Shown piece by piece: positions 1 through 9,659 of a stretch of DNA of 64,000 nt. The stretch comes from an uncultured Traorella sp. (lineage in GTDB: Bacteria > Bacillota_I > Bacilli_A > Erysipelotrichales > Erysipelotrichaceae): contig NZ_CALVGS010000041.1 of assembly GCF_944327115.1 (NCBI RefSeq), forward strand, positions 3,931-67,930, given 5' to 3'. The translations under genes were made by a program, and so were the position numbers. The notes beneath the pieces were generated by a model. It was not told the origin of the DNA, searched no databases, and was given only the letters and a program-made list of their open reading frames with translations. Every line of letters begins with the position of its first letter. Within the stretch, counting starts at the first letter, position 1.

Positions 1-436
1 TTCTCGGCTTTCTTAGTTTTGAAGGCTTTGGCTTTCTCCTTACCTTTGCTTTTGGTTGTCTTGGAGGAGGTACATGATAAGTACCATGATTTTCTATCCC
101 CTCATCAAATGAAGATTCATCATAATCATCATAAGGCGGTGTGTACACTACTTTATGTTCAAATGCTGAATCAGGTTTTCTTTCAGGTTCTGGACGCTTA
201 TTAGAAGATGTGCCGGTTGATGGCTTTGGTGAAGAGGATGCTGTACTTCTTCCTGAAGTACGTCCGCCGGCACTAAAACCACCGGAAGATCTTCCTCCGC
301 CGCTAAATCCCCCGGAAGAGCGTTTATTCCCTAAACCGCCACTGCTATGTGATCCGCTGCTGCTTCGATTTGCTTTACTGCTGCGTGCACTGCTTTCAGA
401 GCTTTTACTGCTGCGCCCGCCACTGCTTCTGCCCAT
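1..436 (-). CDS. Partial CDS (open to the window edge): Ser/Gly/Arg-rich low-complexity protein, function unknown
   Basis: My own reverse translation from the ATG at 436 gives MGRSSGGRSSKSSESSARSSKANRSSSGSHSSGGLGNKRSSGGFSGGGRSSGGFSAGGRTSGRSTASSSPKPSTGTSSNKRPEPERKPDSAFEHKVVYTPPYDDYDESSFDEG... There is no stop before position 1, so it is absent from the ORF track. Confidence 0.4.
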   Translation of the reverse strand, partial: MGRSSGGRSSKSSESSARSSKANRSSSGSHSSGGLGNKRSSGGFSGGGRSSGGFSAGGRTSGRSTASSSPKPSTGTSSNKRPEPERKPDSAFEHKVVYTPPYDDYDESSFDEGIENHGTYHVPPPRQPKAKVRRKPKPSKLRKPR

Positions 437-518
437 ATGACCGCCCCCATTCTTAATTACATATATTATATATTATTTTAAGTAAAACTGGATTCCATAA
501 TTGAAAAAAAGAGGCCTC

Positions 519-2099
519 TTAATGAATCTTCATGAATTGCTTTCGTCCTCCTGTATTGAGATAAATAAAGAAGACGATATCAAAAAGTAATAATAGTCCA
601 TTCAACAATAGGACGATGATCGTAGGTGAAAGATATTCCGTCAGTTGCAATCCCAAGAAAATAATACCAAAGGATGCAACCATGCCACCAATCGACGTAA
701 TATATACCGGCATCGACTGTTTCACGATAACCGCAGCATTATCCCAATCCAGACGATAGAAATGTAAGTTTAAGATCAACCCTAAAGCACTGATGAAGAA
801 ACTGCTGGTCAATGCCGTTACTACACATAACAGAAAATCACCCATTGATAAGTTCAAAAAGATAAGTGCCATCACGCTGCATATCAGTGCACAAGGTATG
901 ATGACTAATAAATTAACGCTCATCTTCGCCATAAAAATATCCATGACATCGACTGGATAGGATTTTAAAGAATCAAAGTTTTTCCCTTCCAGTGATATCG
1001 AAGAATTCGTCGTACAGCTCACCAGCGATAAGAATAAGATTGCCCCGCAGAACACCGGCATGATCATTTCAGGCATGACACTCTGTACAAGCTGAATTTC
1101 ATCTCTCATAAAAATGCACAGATAGGCAAAACCGATCACCAATAATATCGGCATCACCGCCGTATTCATAAAATATACGGTATTTGAGAAATACGTTCTT
1201 AATTCTTTATTGAAAAGAGCTTTAAACGATGAATTTGCTTTCGTGGCTCTAAGTTTAAAGTTTTTTACTTTATAACCGGATTTGATCTGTGAATTTAATT
1301 TCATGAAATTCTTTGAGAATAATCCGACAAATAAACCAAAGACCACTACATTGATCAAAATACCTAACACATACTTGAGTATATTTCCAAAGACCATGCC
1401 ATCAAAAAGAAAAGACATGAACGGAAGATATCTTTCCATATTCGCAACCAGCCCCAACAGCTGTCCCGCTTCCTGATCTAACAGACTCTGATAAGCGAAA
1501 ATAAGTACGAACACGGCTCCCATCAGAATAATATAGAAAATATTATTCATCAGATTTTTATATTTAAACTTTCCTGCCATATACATAGACAAATAAGCAA
1601 GAAGCGCTGCCATTACCATTGGTACCAATGGTATGATCAGCCAGGCAATGAAGCCTAACACATAGTACATCAGACCATAATGGCATACAAGACCGACAAT
1701 TACGATCGAAGGTGCCAATAAAAAGAAACCATAAAAATATTCAAGAAATAAAAAAGATAAAAATTTACTTACAAGTACTTCTGATTTCTTAATTGGCAGT
1801 GACATCAAAAGATCATAATCCTTAAAACCAAAAAGATGTCCTCCGGCACTTTGATAACCAAAGACCAGTAACATAAATATCGTTACCATGCCCATGACAT
1901 ATAAAGCAATATACTGATATCCCTCTGGAAATGCCACTACCATTCCCGAAACATAGACGACTGACATATACATGAATAATATTGCCAGCAGTATCAGCAT
2001 ACCAAATCCCGCAGCCTTCTTTTTCTTATTACGGTGTGTGGTCGTTCTAAACAAAAGGCCCTGGATCTGAATCTTCATTAAAAGCCATAAATTAGTCAT
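519..2099 (-). CDS. ABC transporter permease, large polytopic putative exporter subunit
   Basis: ORF 519..2141 has many hydrophobic segments. I moved the start to MTNLW (ATG 2099), which overlaps the stop of the upstream ATPase gene by 8 nt, suggesting translational coupling. Confidence 0.7.
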   Translation of the reverse strand: MTNLWLLMKIQIQGLLFRTTTHRNKKKKAAGFGMLILLAILFMYMSVVYVSGMVVAFPEGYQYIALYVMGMVTIFMLLVFGYQSAGGHLFGFKDYDLLMSLPIKKSEVLVSKFLSFLFLEYFYGFFLLAPSIVIVGLVCHYGLMYYVLGFIAWLIIPLVPMVMAALLAYLSMYMAGKFKYKNLMNNIFYIILMGAVFVLIFAYQSLLDQEAGQLLGLVANMERYLPFMSFLFDGMVFGNILKYVLGILINVVVFGLFVGLFSKNFMKLNSQIKSGYKVKNFKLRATKANSSFKALFNKELRTYFSNTVYFMNTAVMPILLVIGFAYLCIFMRDEIQLVQSVMPEMIMPVFCGAILFLSLVSCTTNSSISLEGKNFDSLKSYPVDVMDIFMAKMSVNLLVIIPCALICSVMALIFLNLSMGDFLLCVVTALTSSFFISALGLILNLHFYRLDWDNAAVIVKQSMPVYITSIGGMVASFGIIFLGLQLTEYLSPTIIVLLLNGLLLLFDIVFFIYLNTGGRKQFMKIH

Positions 2100-2802
2100 G
2101 TTCAGCCAGCTCCAAGAAAACATCTTCCAGCGACTGATCACCTACGACCTCTTCAACCGTACCATCCTTGATGATCTCGCCGTTTTTAATGATACATACA
2201 TGATCACATAGCTTTTCTACAACTTCAAGCACATGTGTGGAGAAGAAGATACATCCTCCTTCATCACAGATTTCACGCATGATCGTTTTTAAGATATGGC
2301 TTGCTTTTGGATCAAGACCGACAAAAGGCTCATCTAATAAAAGCAGTTTTGGTTCATGAATCAAAGCGGCAATAATTGCCAGTTTCTGTTTCATACCATG
2401 GGAATAAGATGAAATGGAATCACCGAGATTTGCTTCCAGTTCAAAGGCCTCACTGTATTTTTTAATCAATTCCATTCTTCTTTCACTGCTGATTCGATAT
2501 ATATCAGCAATAAAATTCAGATACTTGATTCCTGAAAGCCCATCGTATAATTCAGGATTGTCAGGAATATAAGCCATGATCGATTTACAGGCGATCGGAT
2601 CTTTTTTAATGGATTTACCATTGATCAGGATATCACCTTCTTCAAAATCAAGAATACCGGCAATGCTTTTTATCGTAGTCGTTTTTCCGGCACCGTTATG
2701 ACCGATAAAGCCATAGATCTCACCGGATTCAACTTCTAAGTTAATTTGTTTCACCGCAGGCTTTCCATCATAACTTTTAGAAAAATTTCGGATACTTAAC
2801 AT
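2092..2802 (-). CDS. ABC transporter ATP-binding protein
   Basis: Walker A GHNGAGKTT, signature-like YSHGMKQKL, Walker B LLLLDEP, H-loop FSTH. Confidence 0.92.
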   Translation of the reverse strand: MLSIRNFSKSYDGKPAVKQINLEVESGEIYGFIGHNGAGKTTTIKSIAGILDFEEGDILINGKSIKKDPIACKSIMAYIPDNPELYDGLSGIKYLNFIADIYRISSERRMELIKKYSEAFELEANLGDSISSYSHGMKQKLAIIAALIHEPKLLLLDEPFVGLDPKASHILKTIMREICDEGGCIFFSTHVLEVVEKLCDHVCIIKNGEIIKDGTVEEVVGDQSLEDVFLELAEHD

Positions 2803-2874
2803 AAATGTCCTCCCCTTTAAACATGCACAGTATATTCTTTTTTCCGATCAGTTACAACCAGAATGACAAATTTG

Positions 2875-3282
2875 TCAGTCCTTTTTAGAAAAATGCTTTG
2901 TAATAAAAAAAACAATAAAAAATCCACATAGGATTCCGGCGCTATCGATCAGTACATCACTTATCTGACCGCTTCTCCCATCAATAAACAACTGCAGCGT
3001 TTCATCAAGACAAGCAACCAATATGCTGGTTCCTATGCCTTTTTTCCAACAGCTAAAGGAGAATGCGGCCAATCCTCCTAACACGGCATATTCACTAAAA
3101 TGAGCACATTTACGAATAAATGTATGAAATAACTCAAAATCTACAGGTAAATGTAATAAGCTGTATAGCTGATACGATAAACTGCCTGATAAGTTACTTG
3201 ACTGGGTCGCCGGAAGAAGTGAATTAGACCAGATAAAACATATCCAGATAACGTATAAAATAAATATTTTTTTACTTTTCAT
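2875..3282 (-). CDS. VanZ-like family membrane protein
   Basis: 135 aa with about 4 TM segments. The motif RKCAHFSEYAVLGGL is typical of VanZ-like proteins. Confidence 0.7.
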   Translation of the reverse strand: MKSKKIFILYVIWICFIWSNSLLPATQSSNLSGSLSYQLYSLLHLPVDFELFHTFIRKCAHFSEYAVLGGLAAFSFSCWKKGIGTSILVACLDETLQLFIDGRSGQISDVLIDSAGILCGFFIVFFITKHFSKKD

Positions 3283-3323
3283 GATTTTATTATATCATTT
3301 CATTTAATTATAAACAAAATAAA

Positions 3324-3352
3324 TTGAAAAAATAAGCAAAGTTGACTATAAT
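3324..3352 (+). promoter_or_regulatory. Sigma-A type promoter for the ECF-S/coaBC/coaX operon
   Basis: TTGAAA (3324-3329), exact 17-nt spacer, TATAAT (3347-3352), about 45 nt upstream of the AAGGAG RBS. Confidence 0.55.
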
Positions 3353-3398
3353 AATACCGTTACGTTGCATCTTAAAGAGCGACAGTAAGGAGAAAACT

Positions 3399-4016
3399 AT
3401 GTCACAATCTAAAAAAGTAAGACGTCTGGTCTTGCTCAGCATGTTTATCGGAATTGAGATCGTGCTTATGATTACCCCTTTAGGTTTTGTACCGATCGGG
3501 CCGATCAATGCAACCACTCTTCATATTCCTGTTATTATTATTTCTATTTTATTAGGTACCAAGGAAGGCGTTATTCTGGGAATCGTATTTGGACTGTCTT
3601 CGATTTTCACAGCGACTTTTCGACCCACAGCCTTTTCATTCTGTTTTTCACCTTTTTATTCTATTGGTGAGGTCCATGGTAATTTTTCTTCCATACTGAT
3701 TGCAATGGTTCCGCGTATTTGCATTGGTCTTGGCAGTGGGTATCTTTATAAGCTTTTACGTAAAAAACTCAGTGAATCACCGGCTATTCTGATCAGTGCT
3801 GCGGCAGGTTCACTTATCAATACGATCTTAGTCATGTCCGGTATCTGGCTGTTCTTCGGAAGAGAATATGCCGCTACTGCCGGCTTTGCCTATGAAACAT
3901 TTATGAATGTCATTAAAGCTACCATCTTTACGAATGGTATCATAGAAGCCATTTTAGCGGCCATAATTTCAGCAGCAGTTATCAAGGCCCTCAAGGCAAA
4001 AGGAGCACATATATGA
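3399..4016 (+). CDS. ECF transporter S component, probably pantothenate-specific (PanT-like)
   Basis: About 205 aa, 6 TM segments, ECF S-component-like. Start set at MSQSKK, preceded by AAGGAG. Its stop overlaps the coaBC start (ATGA). Substrate is inferred only from the coaBC/coaX context. Confidence 0.65.
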   Translation: MSQSKKVRRLVLLSMFIGIEIVLMITPLGFVPIGPINATTLHIPVIIISILLGTKEGVILGIVFGLSSIFTATFRPTAFSFCFSPFYSIGEVHGNFSSILIAMVPRICIGLGSGYLYKLLRKKLSESPAILISAAAGSLINTILVMSGIWLFFGREYAATAGFAYETFMNVIKATIFTNGIIEAILAAIISAAVIKALKAKGAHI

Positions 4017-5206
4017 AAAAAACTATCGTTGTCGGCATTACCGGTTGTGTAGGTGCCTTTAAAAGTGTTCAGCTCGTCAGTGATCTGGTGAAAAAAGATT
4101 TTGATGTCGAGGTCATCATGACACAGAATGCAACCCAGTTCATCGCTCCCTTGCAGTTTGAATCATTGACCCATCATCGGGTGATGAGTGATACATTTGA
4201 TCGTCAGCACTCTTATTCCACCCAGCATATTTCAATTGCCCAGAAAGCGGATCTGTTTATCGTTGTCCCGGCAACAGCTAATTTTATCGCAAAAGCCGTG
4301 CATGGCATCTGTGATGATATGCTGACGACAACTTTTCTGGCTTGCGACTGTCCAAAGCTGATTGCCCCTGCCATGAATACAAAAATGTACACAAATCCTG
4401 TTACGCAGGATAATCTCCGCTTATGTGAGAAATATGGCTATGATATCATATCCCCTGTCAGTGGTCATTTGGCTTGCGGTGATACCGGTATCGGTAAGCT
4501 GGCAGCACTTGATCAGCTGATGGACGCCATTGAGGAAGGCCTTGTCAAAGAAAAACCGTTAAATGGAAAAAAGGTATTGATCAATGCAGGTCCTACCCGT
4601 GAGAAAATCGATCCAGTACGTTTCCTATCCAATCATTCCAGCGGAAAGATGGGCTATTCCCTCGCAAAAGCAGCTCGCAATCTGGGAGCAGAGGTCACGC
4701 TTGTCAGTGGCCCTACCCAGTTAAAAGCACCTCGCAACATAGATGTTATCCATATTGAAAGTGCTGAAGAGATGTTCCAAGAGATGACAAAACGATATAA
4801 AGAAGCTGACATGATCATTTGTGCTGCGGCAGTTGCCGATTACACACCTGAACATACCAGCAATCAAAAAATCAAAAAACAAGAAAATGACTTATCCTTA
4901 ACTTTAAAAAAGACTCAGGATATCTTGAAATATTTAGGTGAACATAAAACACATCAGGTTTTATGCGGTTTCGCAATGGAAACTGAAAATGAAATCGAAA
5001 ATGGCAGACAAAAGCTATTATCTAAAAATTGTGATCTATTAGTCGTCAACTCTTTAAATAAAGCAGGAGCCGGCTTTCAATATGATACCAATATCGCAAC
5101 CCTGCTTACTAAAGATGAACAAATTAACTATGATATCATGAGCAAAGATGAATTAGCTTATCATATACTTTCTAAACTGGAGGTTTTATATGCTGCTCGT
5201 CATTGA
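4013..5206 (+). CDS. coaBC: Bifunctional phosphopantothenoylcysteine decarboxylase / phosphopantothenate-cysteine ligase
   Basis: N-terminal flavoprotein motif GITGCVGAFKS, PAMN motif, C-terminal NHSSGKMG ligase motif; 397 aa. Confidence 0.93.
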   Translation: MKKTIVVGITGCVGAFKSVQLVSDLVKKDFDVEVIMTQNATQFIAPLQFESLTHHRVMSDTFDRQHSYSTQHISIAQKADLFIVVPATANFIAKAVHGICDDMLTTTFLACDCPKLIAPAMNTKMYTNPVTQDNLRLCEKYGYDIISPVSGHLACGDTGIGKLAALDQLMDAIEEGLVKEKPLNGKKVLINAGPTREKIDPVRFLSNHSSGKMGYSLAKAARNLGAEVTLVSGPTQLKAPRNIDVIHIESAEEMFQEMTKRYKEADMIICAAAVADYTPEHTSNQKIKKQENDLSLTLKKTQDILKYLGEHKTHQVLCGFAMETENEIENGRQKLLSKNCDLLVVNSLNKAGAGFQYDTNIATLLTKDEQINYDIMSKDELAYHILSKLEVLYAARH

Positions 5207-5960
5207 TATAGGAAACACAAATATAACGATCGGTATCTATAAAAACGATATGCTGATAGGTAACTATCGTTTAACCACATGGTTCAAAAGAACTTCAGAT
5301 GAATATGGTTTCATGATCTTAAATTTTTTAATGGACTCTAAAGTAGATGCATCGCAAATCAAAGATGTCATCATCTCAAGCGTCGTTCCTAAGATCATGC
5401 ATTCATTCACCAACTCTATTCGTAAATATATCAATAAAGAACCTATCCTTGTAGGTCCGGGAATTAAAACAGGCATTTCTATCAAAACGGAAAATCCAAA
5501 AAAAGTAGGTGCTGACCGTATCGTTGATTTAGCCGGATGCTTCTACAACTATCAAGGCAATGCCCTTGTCATCGATTTCGGTACTGCCACTACCTATGAC
5601 TATATTTCTAAAGATGGTGTCTTTAAATACGGTGTAACAGCTCCCGGTATCGGGATCAGTGCAGAAGCACTTTCAACGTATTGCGCAAAACTTCCGGAAA
5701 TTGAAATTGAAAAACCAAAGACGATCCTTGCGACAGAAACCATTACTTCTATGCAGGCAGGATTGTTTTACGGATATCTAGGAAGTGTTGAATATATTAT
5801 TCAGAAATTCAAGGAAGAGCTCCATCAGCCGGATATGCTGGTCATTGCGACAGGAGGTCTTGGTAAGATCATTTCACAAAATACTACAATGATCGATATA
5901 TATGATCGTGATCTAACTTTTAAAGGATTAAAGGTCATTTATGACAAAAACAGGAACTAA
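5190..5960 (+). CDS. coaX: Type III pantothenate kinase
   Basis: LVIDIGNTNITIG, GADR, IDFGTATT and ATGG motifs; 256 aa; overlaps the coaBC end. Confidence 0.9.
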   Translation: MLLVIDIGNTNITIGIYKNDMLIGNYRLTTWFKRTSDEYGFMILNFLMDSKVDASQIKDVIISSVVPKIMHSFTNSIRKYINKEPILVGPGIKTGISIKTENPKKVGADRIVDLAGCFYNYQGNALVIDFGTATTYDYISKDGVFKYGVTAPGIGISAEALSTYCAKLPEIEIEKPKTILATETITSMQAGLFYGYLGSVEYIIQKFKEELHQPDMLVIATGGLGKIISQNTTMIDIYDRDLTFKGLKVIYDKNRN

Positions 5961-5975
5961 ATGTTCCTTTTTTTG
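5952..5975 (+). terminator. Intrinsic terminator after coaX
   Basis: Stem AGGAAC / GTTCCT followed by a T7 run; overlaps the stop codon. Confidence 0.6.
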
Positions 5976-6057
5976 CCTTTGTACTTTTTGCCAGCATACT
6001 TGTATTTTTTATTTACATTCCAACGGCTTTTCGTTATAATGAGATGAGGTGATCACT

Positions 6058-7224
6058 ATGTTTAATAAAACATCTAACTTTTTTTTTCAAAAATATGGAG
6101 ATACTTATACAACGCTACCAGTCGAGGCCAGTGAATATCCAAAAGAAATACTCCAAATAGATAACAAGGAAGTTTCAACCGCTTTCTACAATGAGGATGA
6201 TATTTATATCTATGTTGACGAAGGCATCGTCATGCTTTGCATTTCTAAAGAAAACCAATCCAATACCTATGAACAATTTGTGATTCATCATACGATACGC
6301 TTAAAAAAACATTCATATTTTAATTTCTTTGCGATAAGTGAAACAGCCACCGTATCCATCTATAAGCGCCATGAAAATGTTGTAACGATCAAACGCATCA
6401 ATGGTGAACATATCTTCTGTAAAAGAATACTTCCAACGGTTTCTGTCAAAGAAATTCTTGTTTACTACTATCAAGTAAAAAATACAAACTATGTTTTCGC
6501 AGGTGAAACACATCCATATTGGGAATTAACCTTCATTGACAGCGGTCAATTGATCACTGAGGTTGAAGGAAAAGAATATTATTTAAATCAATATGATTGC
6601 ATGTTGTATTCTCCCGGTCAATTCCATTCACAAAAAACAAGCGATAAAGATGCCTGTTCATATTTGACGGTCATTTTTGAAACAACGGATTTCCCTGCTG
6701 ATTTACTAAATAATAAGGTCTTCCATGCATCACGCGGAATTATCAATACCTTACAGGAATTTATCAATGCTACTGAACGTAAGGATCCTTTCTATAAAGA
6801 TCTGTGTATCTGTTATCTGAATGAAGTCATCATTCAGTTTCTACAGTTACAATCAACCAAAACAATTAAACCTGCTTACTCACCAATGCAGCAAAAAATT
6901 GAAGATGAGCTATTAAATGAAATTATTATCTATATCAATGATAATATCTATTCACCCATTACCGTTGAACAGCTTTGTCATGAATTTTCAACTTCACGCT
7001 CATCCCTCCAACAGCTTTTCAATAAAAATTTAAATACTGCTCCTAAACAATATATCAGTCATTTAAAGCTTAAAAAAGCGAAATATCTCATCAAAGAAAA
7101 TAAATATACGATATCAGAAATATCTGAAAAGCTCGGTTTTACAAGCATTCATTATTTTTCCAGAAAATTTAAACAGGAGTTTAATCTGGCACCAAGTGAT
7201 TATGCGAAAACCATCTACAAATAA
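6058..7224 (+). CDS. AraC family transcriptional regulator (cupin-like sensor plus C-terminal HTH)
   Basis: C-terminal AraC HTH (SISEISEKLGFTSIHYFSRKFKQEFNLAPSDY). ATG 6058 is preferred over GTG 6049 because of a GAGGTG RBS 6 nt upstream. Confidence 0.85.
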   Translation: MFNKTSNFFFQKYGDTYTTLPVEASEYPKEILQIDNKEVSTAFYNEDDIYIYVDEGIVMLCISKENQSNTYEQFVIHHTIRLKKHSYFNFFAISETATVSIYKRHENVVTIKRINGEHIFCKRILPTVSVKEILVYYYQVKNTNYVFAGETHPYWELTFIDSGQLITEVEGKEYYLNQYDCMLYSPGQFHSQKTSDKDACSYLTVIFETTDFPADLLNNKVFHASRGIINTLQEFINATERKDPFYKDLCICYLNEVIIQFLQLQSTKTIKPAYSPMQQKIEDELLNEIIIYINDNIYSPITVEQLCHEFSTSRSSLQQLFNKNLNTAPKQYISHLKLKKAKYLIKENKYTISEISEKLGFTSIHYFSRKFKQEFNLAPSDYAKTIYK

Positions 7225-7242
7225 ATAGAATTGCCTAAATAA

Positions 7243-7272
7243 AACACTATTGCATTTGCAATAGCGTTTTTC
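7243..7272. terminator. Bidirectional hairpin terminator between the convergent AraC and gatZ-like genes
   Basis: CTATTGCA / TGCAATAG stem, flanked by an A-run on one side and a T-run on the other. Confidence 0.6.
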
Positions 7273-7275
7273 ATA

Positions 7276-8601
7276 TTAAAGCTTTTCCTGATGAGTTGCA
7301 TACAGATATTCGTCAATCGTATTTACAACCCGATCCTTTACTAAAGCTTCCGGATCATTTATAAGTCTGCCTTCCCTCACCTTCGTATATTGGATCGGCA
7401 TAAACTGGCTCATAAGATTTAACGGCACTTCCGGCAGGCTCCTTAAATTACTCATCAGCTTAGCAATAGCCTGCTGTACTTTTTCATTTGGAAGATAATA
7501 ACGGCAACGATCTGAGAATGAGAATTTACGCTTGATCCTCAATTCATTTTCATTACCAGTATAATACTTAGCCCATTTATCCGGTTTTTCAAGCATGGCT
7601 TCTTCTAAAACATCAATCAGATGACTTGTTTCAACATCAGTTCCCTTAAAAACTTCTTCTTCAATATAAGATAAAGCAAACAGACCTTCACGCATTGCAA
7701 AAGTAAGACCAGGACCAACTTTTAGAATGCCAACGCCATCTTCGATTAATTCTTTCAACTTGATTTTTGTCTGATAATCTGTAGAATGACCCTCAAATAC
7801 CAAGTTTGGATATTCCTTGATTGCAGCCATTAAATCTTTTGCCTTTTCACGATCATATTCTGTACATCCGGCATCCTTTTCCTCAACTCCCGGCTGAACG
7901 ACAACCGCAATAACTTCATTCCAGGCTTCTTCAAGTCCTTCTTTCTTGAAAGCTTCTTCAAAAGCACTCACCGTTGCCTTAAAATCTTCTACTTTCGTAA
8001 CTTGAATACCTGAATCTTCCACAGCACCCTGTGCCCCACCCGGAATCGGCACCTCACTACCAACGACATAAACAGGATGAACAGCATCAGGATTTGTTTT
8101 TAGAAGTTCCTGATAAGCATCTTCAGCCACTCTTGCCAGGTGTGCTCCACGACGGGATATGATTTCATCACTTAAGCGGATATTCGGATCATCATCTGCT
8201 ACCTTCATTGAAGTGTCAATATGAATCTTCGTAAATCCGGCTAATACATAACTGCGAATCAGATCTTCAGCATTTTTCATCGCTTCTTTCTCCGGAAGGT
8301 GTGTCCATGTCAGTGGTCCTAAATGATCCCCACCCAGAAATATACGAGAGAAATCATAATCACACTTATCACAAATATCTTTCACAAATTTCGTGAAATC
8401 AGCCGGTTTCATTCCTGTATAGCCACCAAACTGATCCACCTGATTTGCTGTTGATTCAATCAGGACTACTGCATGATCTTTTTTGGCACGCTCGATAGCG
8501 GCTTCTATAACATAATTATTTGCACTGCAGCAGGAATAAATACCTACATGTTCTCCTGCTTTCTGCTTAGTAACAATTTGTTTTAACGGATTTGTATTCA
8601 T
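7276..8601 (-). CDS. agaZ: GatZ/KbaZ (AgaZ) family protein: tagatose-bisphosphate aldolase non-catalytic subunit or tagatose-6-P-acting enzyme
   Basis: N-terminus NPLKQIVTKQKAGEHVGIYSCCSAN...ESTANQVDQFGGYTGM and a GGDHLGP motif. Start set at MNTNPLK with a GGGAGG RBS. Confidence 0.85.
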   Translation of the reverse strand: MNTNPLKQIVTKQKAGEHVGIYSCCSANNYVIEAAIERAKKDHAVVLIESTANQVDQFGGYTGMKPADFTKFVKDICDKCDYDFSRIFLGGDHLGPLTWTHLPEKEAMKNAEDLIRSYVLAGFTKIHIDTSMKVADDDPNIRLSDEIISRRGAHLARVAEDAYQELLKTNPDAVHPVYVVGSEVPIPGGAQGAVEDSGIQVTKVEDFKATVSAFEEAFKKEGLEEAWNEVIAVVVQPGVEEKDAGCTEYDREKAKDLMAAIKEYPNLVFEGHSTDYQTKIKLKELIEDGVGILKVGPGLTFAMREGLFALSYIEEEVFKGTDVETSHLIDVLEEAMLEKPDKWAKYYTGNENELRIKRKFSFSDRCRYYLPNEKVQQAIAKLMSNLRSLPEVPLNLMSQFMPIQYTKVREGRLINDPEALVKDRVVNTIDEYLYATHQEKL

Positions 8602-8693
8602 AATTACCTCCCTTATTAACAAGCTTATTTTAACACGATTCCCATTAATTTTATATATATTAGTTATATTTTACAAATTAAATCATAATTTAT

Positions 8694-8725
8694 GCAAAAA
8701 AAGAGAAGTCAATCGACTTCTCTTC
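8694..8725 (-). terminator. Intrinsic terminator after PTS IID
   Basis: AGAGAAGTC / GACTTCTCT stem followed by a T7 run on the minus strand. Confidence 0.6.
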
Positions 8726-8756
8726 ATGAAGGTTTAGAGTTAAATATTGTAATATC

Positions 8757-9659
8757 TTATGCGTGCCAAGGAACTGAAATAGGTGTTGTGTAATCGCCGG
8801 CAGCTCCACCAAAGATACCGAATACACATCCTACGATACCAATTACTAAAAGCAATAAGATACACTTAGTTGCAGACCAATTTTTCTTCTTGATCAGCCA
8901 GTAGCACAACAATGTGATAGCTAATGATAATGCTGCAGGTAATACACCATCTAACAGTCCCTGAACATCGATATAGTTAGCAACTGTTTCACCAGCATCA
9001 TTAATTGTAGTACCGTTAGGAATCATCATTCCTAAACTTACGTTAGCATAGTTGCAAGTCAATGCACCAACTACGAATACACCCAGCATAGAAGCTGCAC
9101 GAGTGAACTCTTTAGCATTCTTCGTTAATACAGCAATAGCGCTTGTACCTAAGCTGTAAGACCAGTACATCAATCCATAACGTAAAGCCATTTCTACACC
9201 GAAGCAGATAATGAAGTAAAGGATTGGTCCGATCCAGCTACCATCGATAGCCATATTACAAGTGATACCTGCTGTGATAGGAACTAATGCGAACCAGAAC
9301 AATGCGTCACCAATTCCTCCCAGAGGTCCCATAGCTGCAACACGTACCGAACGAATCGTGTTAATATCAGCCTTCTGCTGTTCCAATGAAAGAACGATAC
9401 CCATAACGAATGTTACTAAGAATGGGTGAGTATTGAAGAACTCAAGGTTGTGTTCCATTGAAGCAGATAAGTCTTCTTTATTTGTGTGGATTTTCTGTAA
9501 TCCCGGTAAAATAGCCCATAGCCATCCTGCAGCCTGCATTCTTTCATAGTTGAAAGAAGCCTGTAACTGACAAGATCTCCAAACCATTCTGTTTAAAGTT
9601 TTCTTATCAAGAGGAGCAGCAGGAGTTAAATCTTTATAAGTCGTAGCATTAGATGCCAT
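8757..9659 (-). CDS. agaD: PTS mannose/sorbose/GalNAc family IID component
   Basis: FNYERMQAAGW and polytopic C-terminal half. ATG 9659 has GGAGG 8 nt upstream and overlaps the IIC end. Confidence 0.9.
   Translation of the reverse strand: MASNATTYKDLTPAAPLDKKTLNRMVWRSCQLQASFNYERMQAAGWLWAILPGLQKIHTNKEDLSASMEHNLEFFNTHPFLVTFVMGIVLSLEQQKADINTIRSVRVAAMGPLGGIGDALFWFALVPITAGITCNMAIDGSWIGPILYFIICFGVEMALRYGLMYWSYSLGTSAIAVLTKNAKEFTRAASMLGVFVVGALTCNYANVSLGMMIPNGTTINDAGETVANYIDVQGLLDGVLPAALSLAITLLCYWLIKKKNWSATKCILLLLVIGIVGCVFGIFGGAAGDYTTPISVPWHA

Noticed and set aside
141-440. Plus-strand ORF (99 aa) rich in Pro/Leu, and ORF 19..204
   Set aside because: It is the mirror image of the Ser/Gly/Arg-rich minus-strand frame, which has an ATG and stays open to the window edge. 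I saw no RBS or context on the plus strand. Low-complexity DNA keeps both strands open.
500-521. Palindrome AAGAGGCCTCTT plus T-run as the terminator of the permease gene
   Set aside because: The 12-nt palindrome leaves only a ~4-bp stem once a loop is allowed, which is too weak to call.
6012-6040. TTTACA-17-TATAAT promoter-like hexamers upstream of the AraC gene
   Set aside because: The predicted start (about 6047) would fall inside the GAGGTG RBS of the ATG at 6058. Either the mRNA is nearly leaderless or the match is fortuitous in AT-rich DNA, so I did not list it as a feature.
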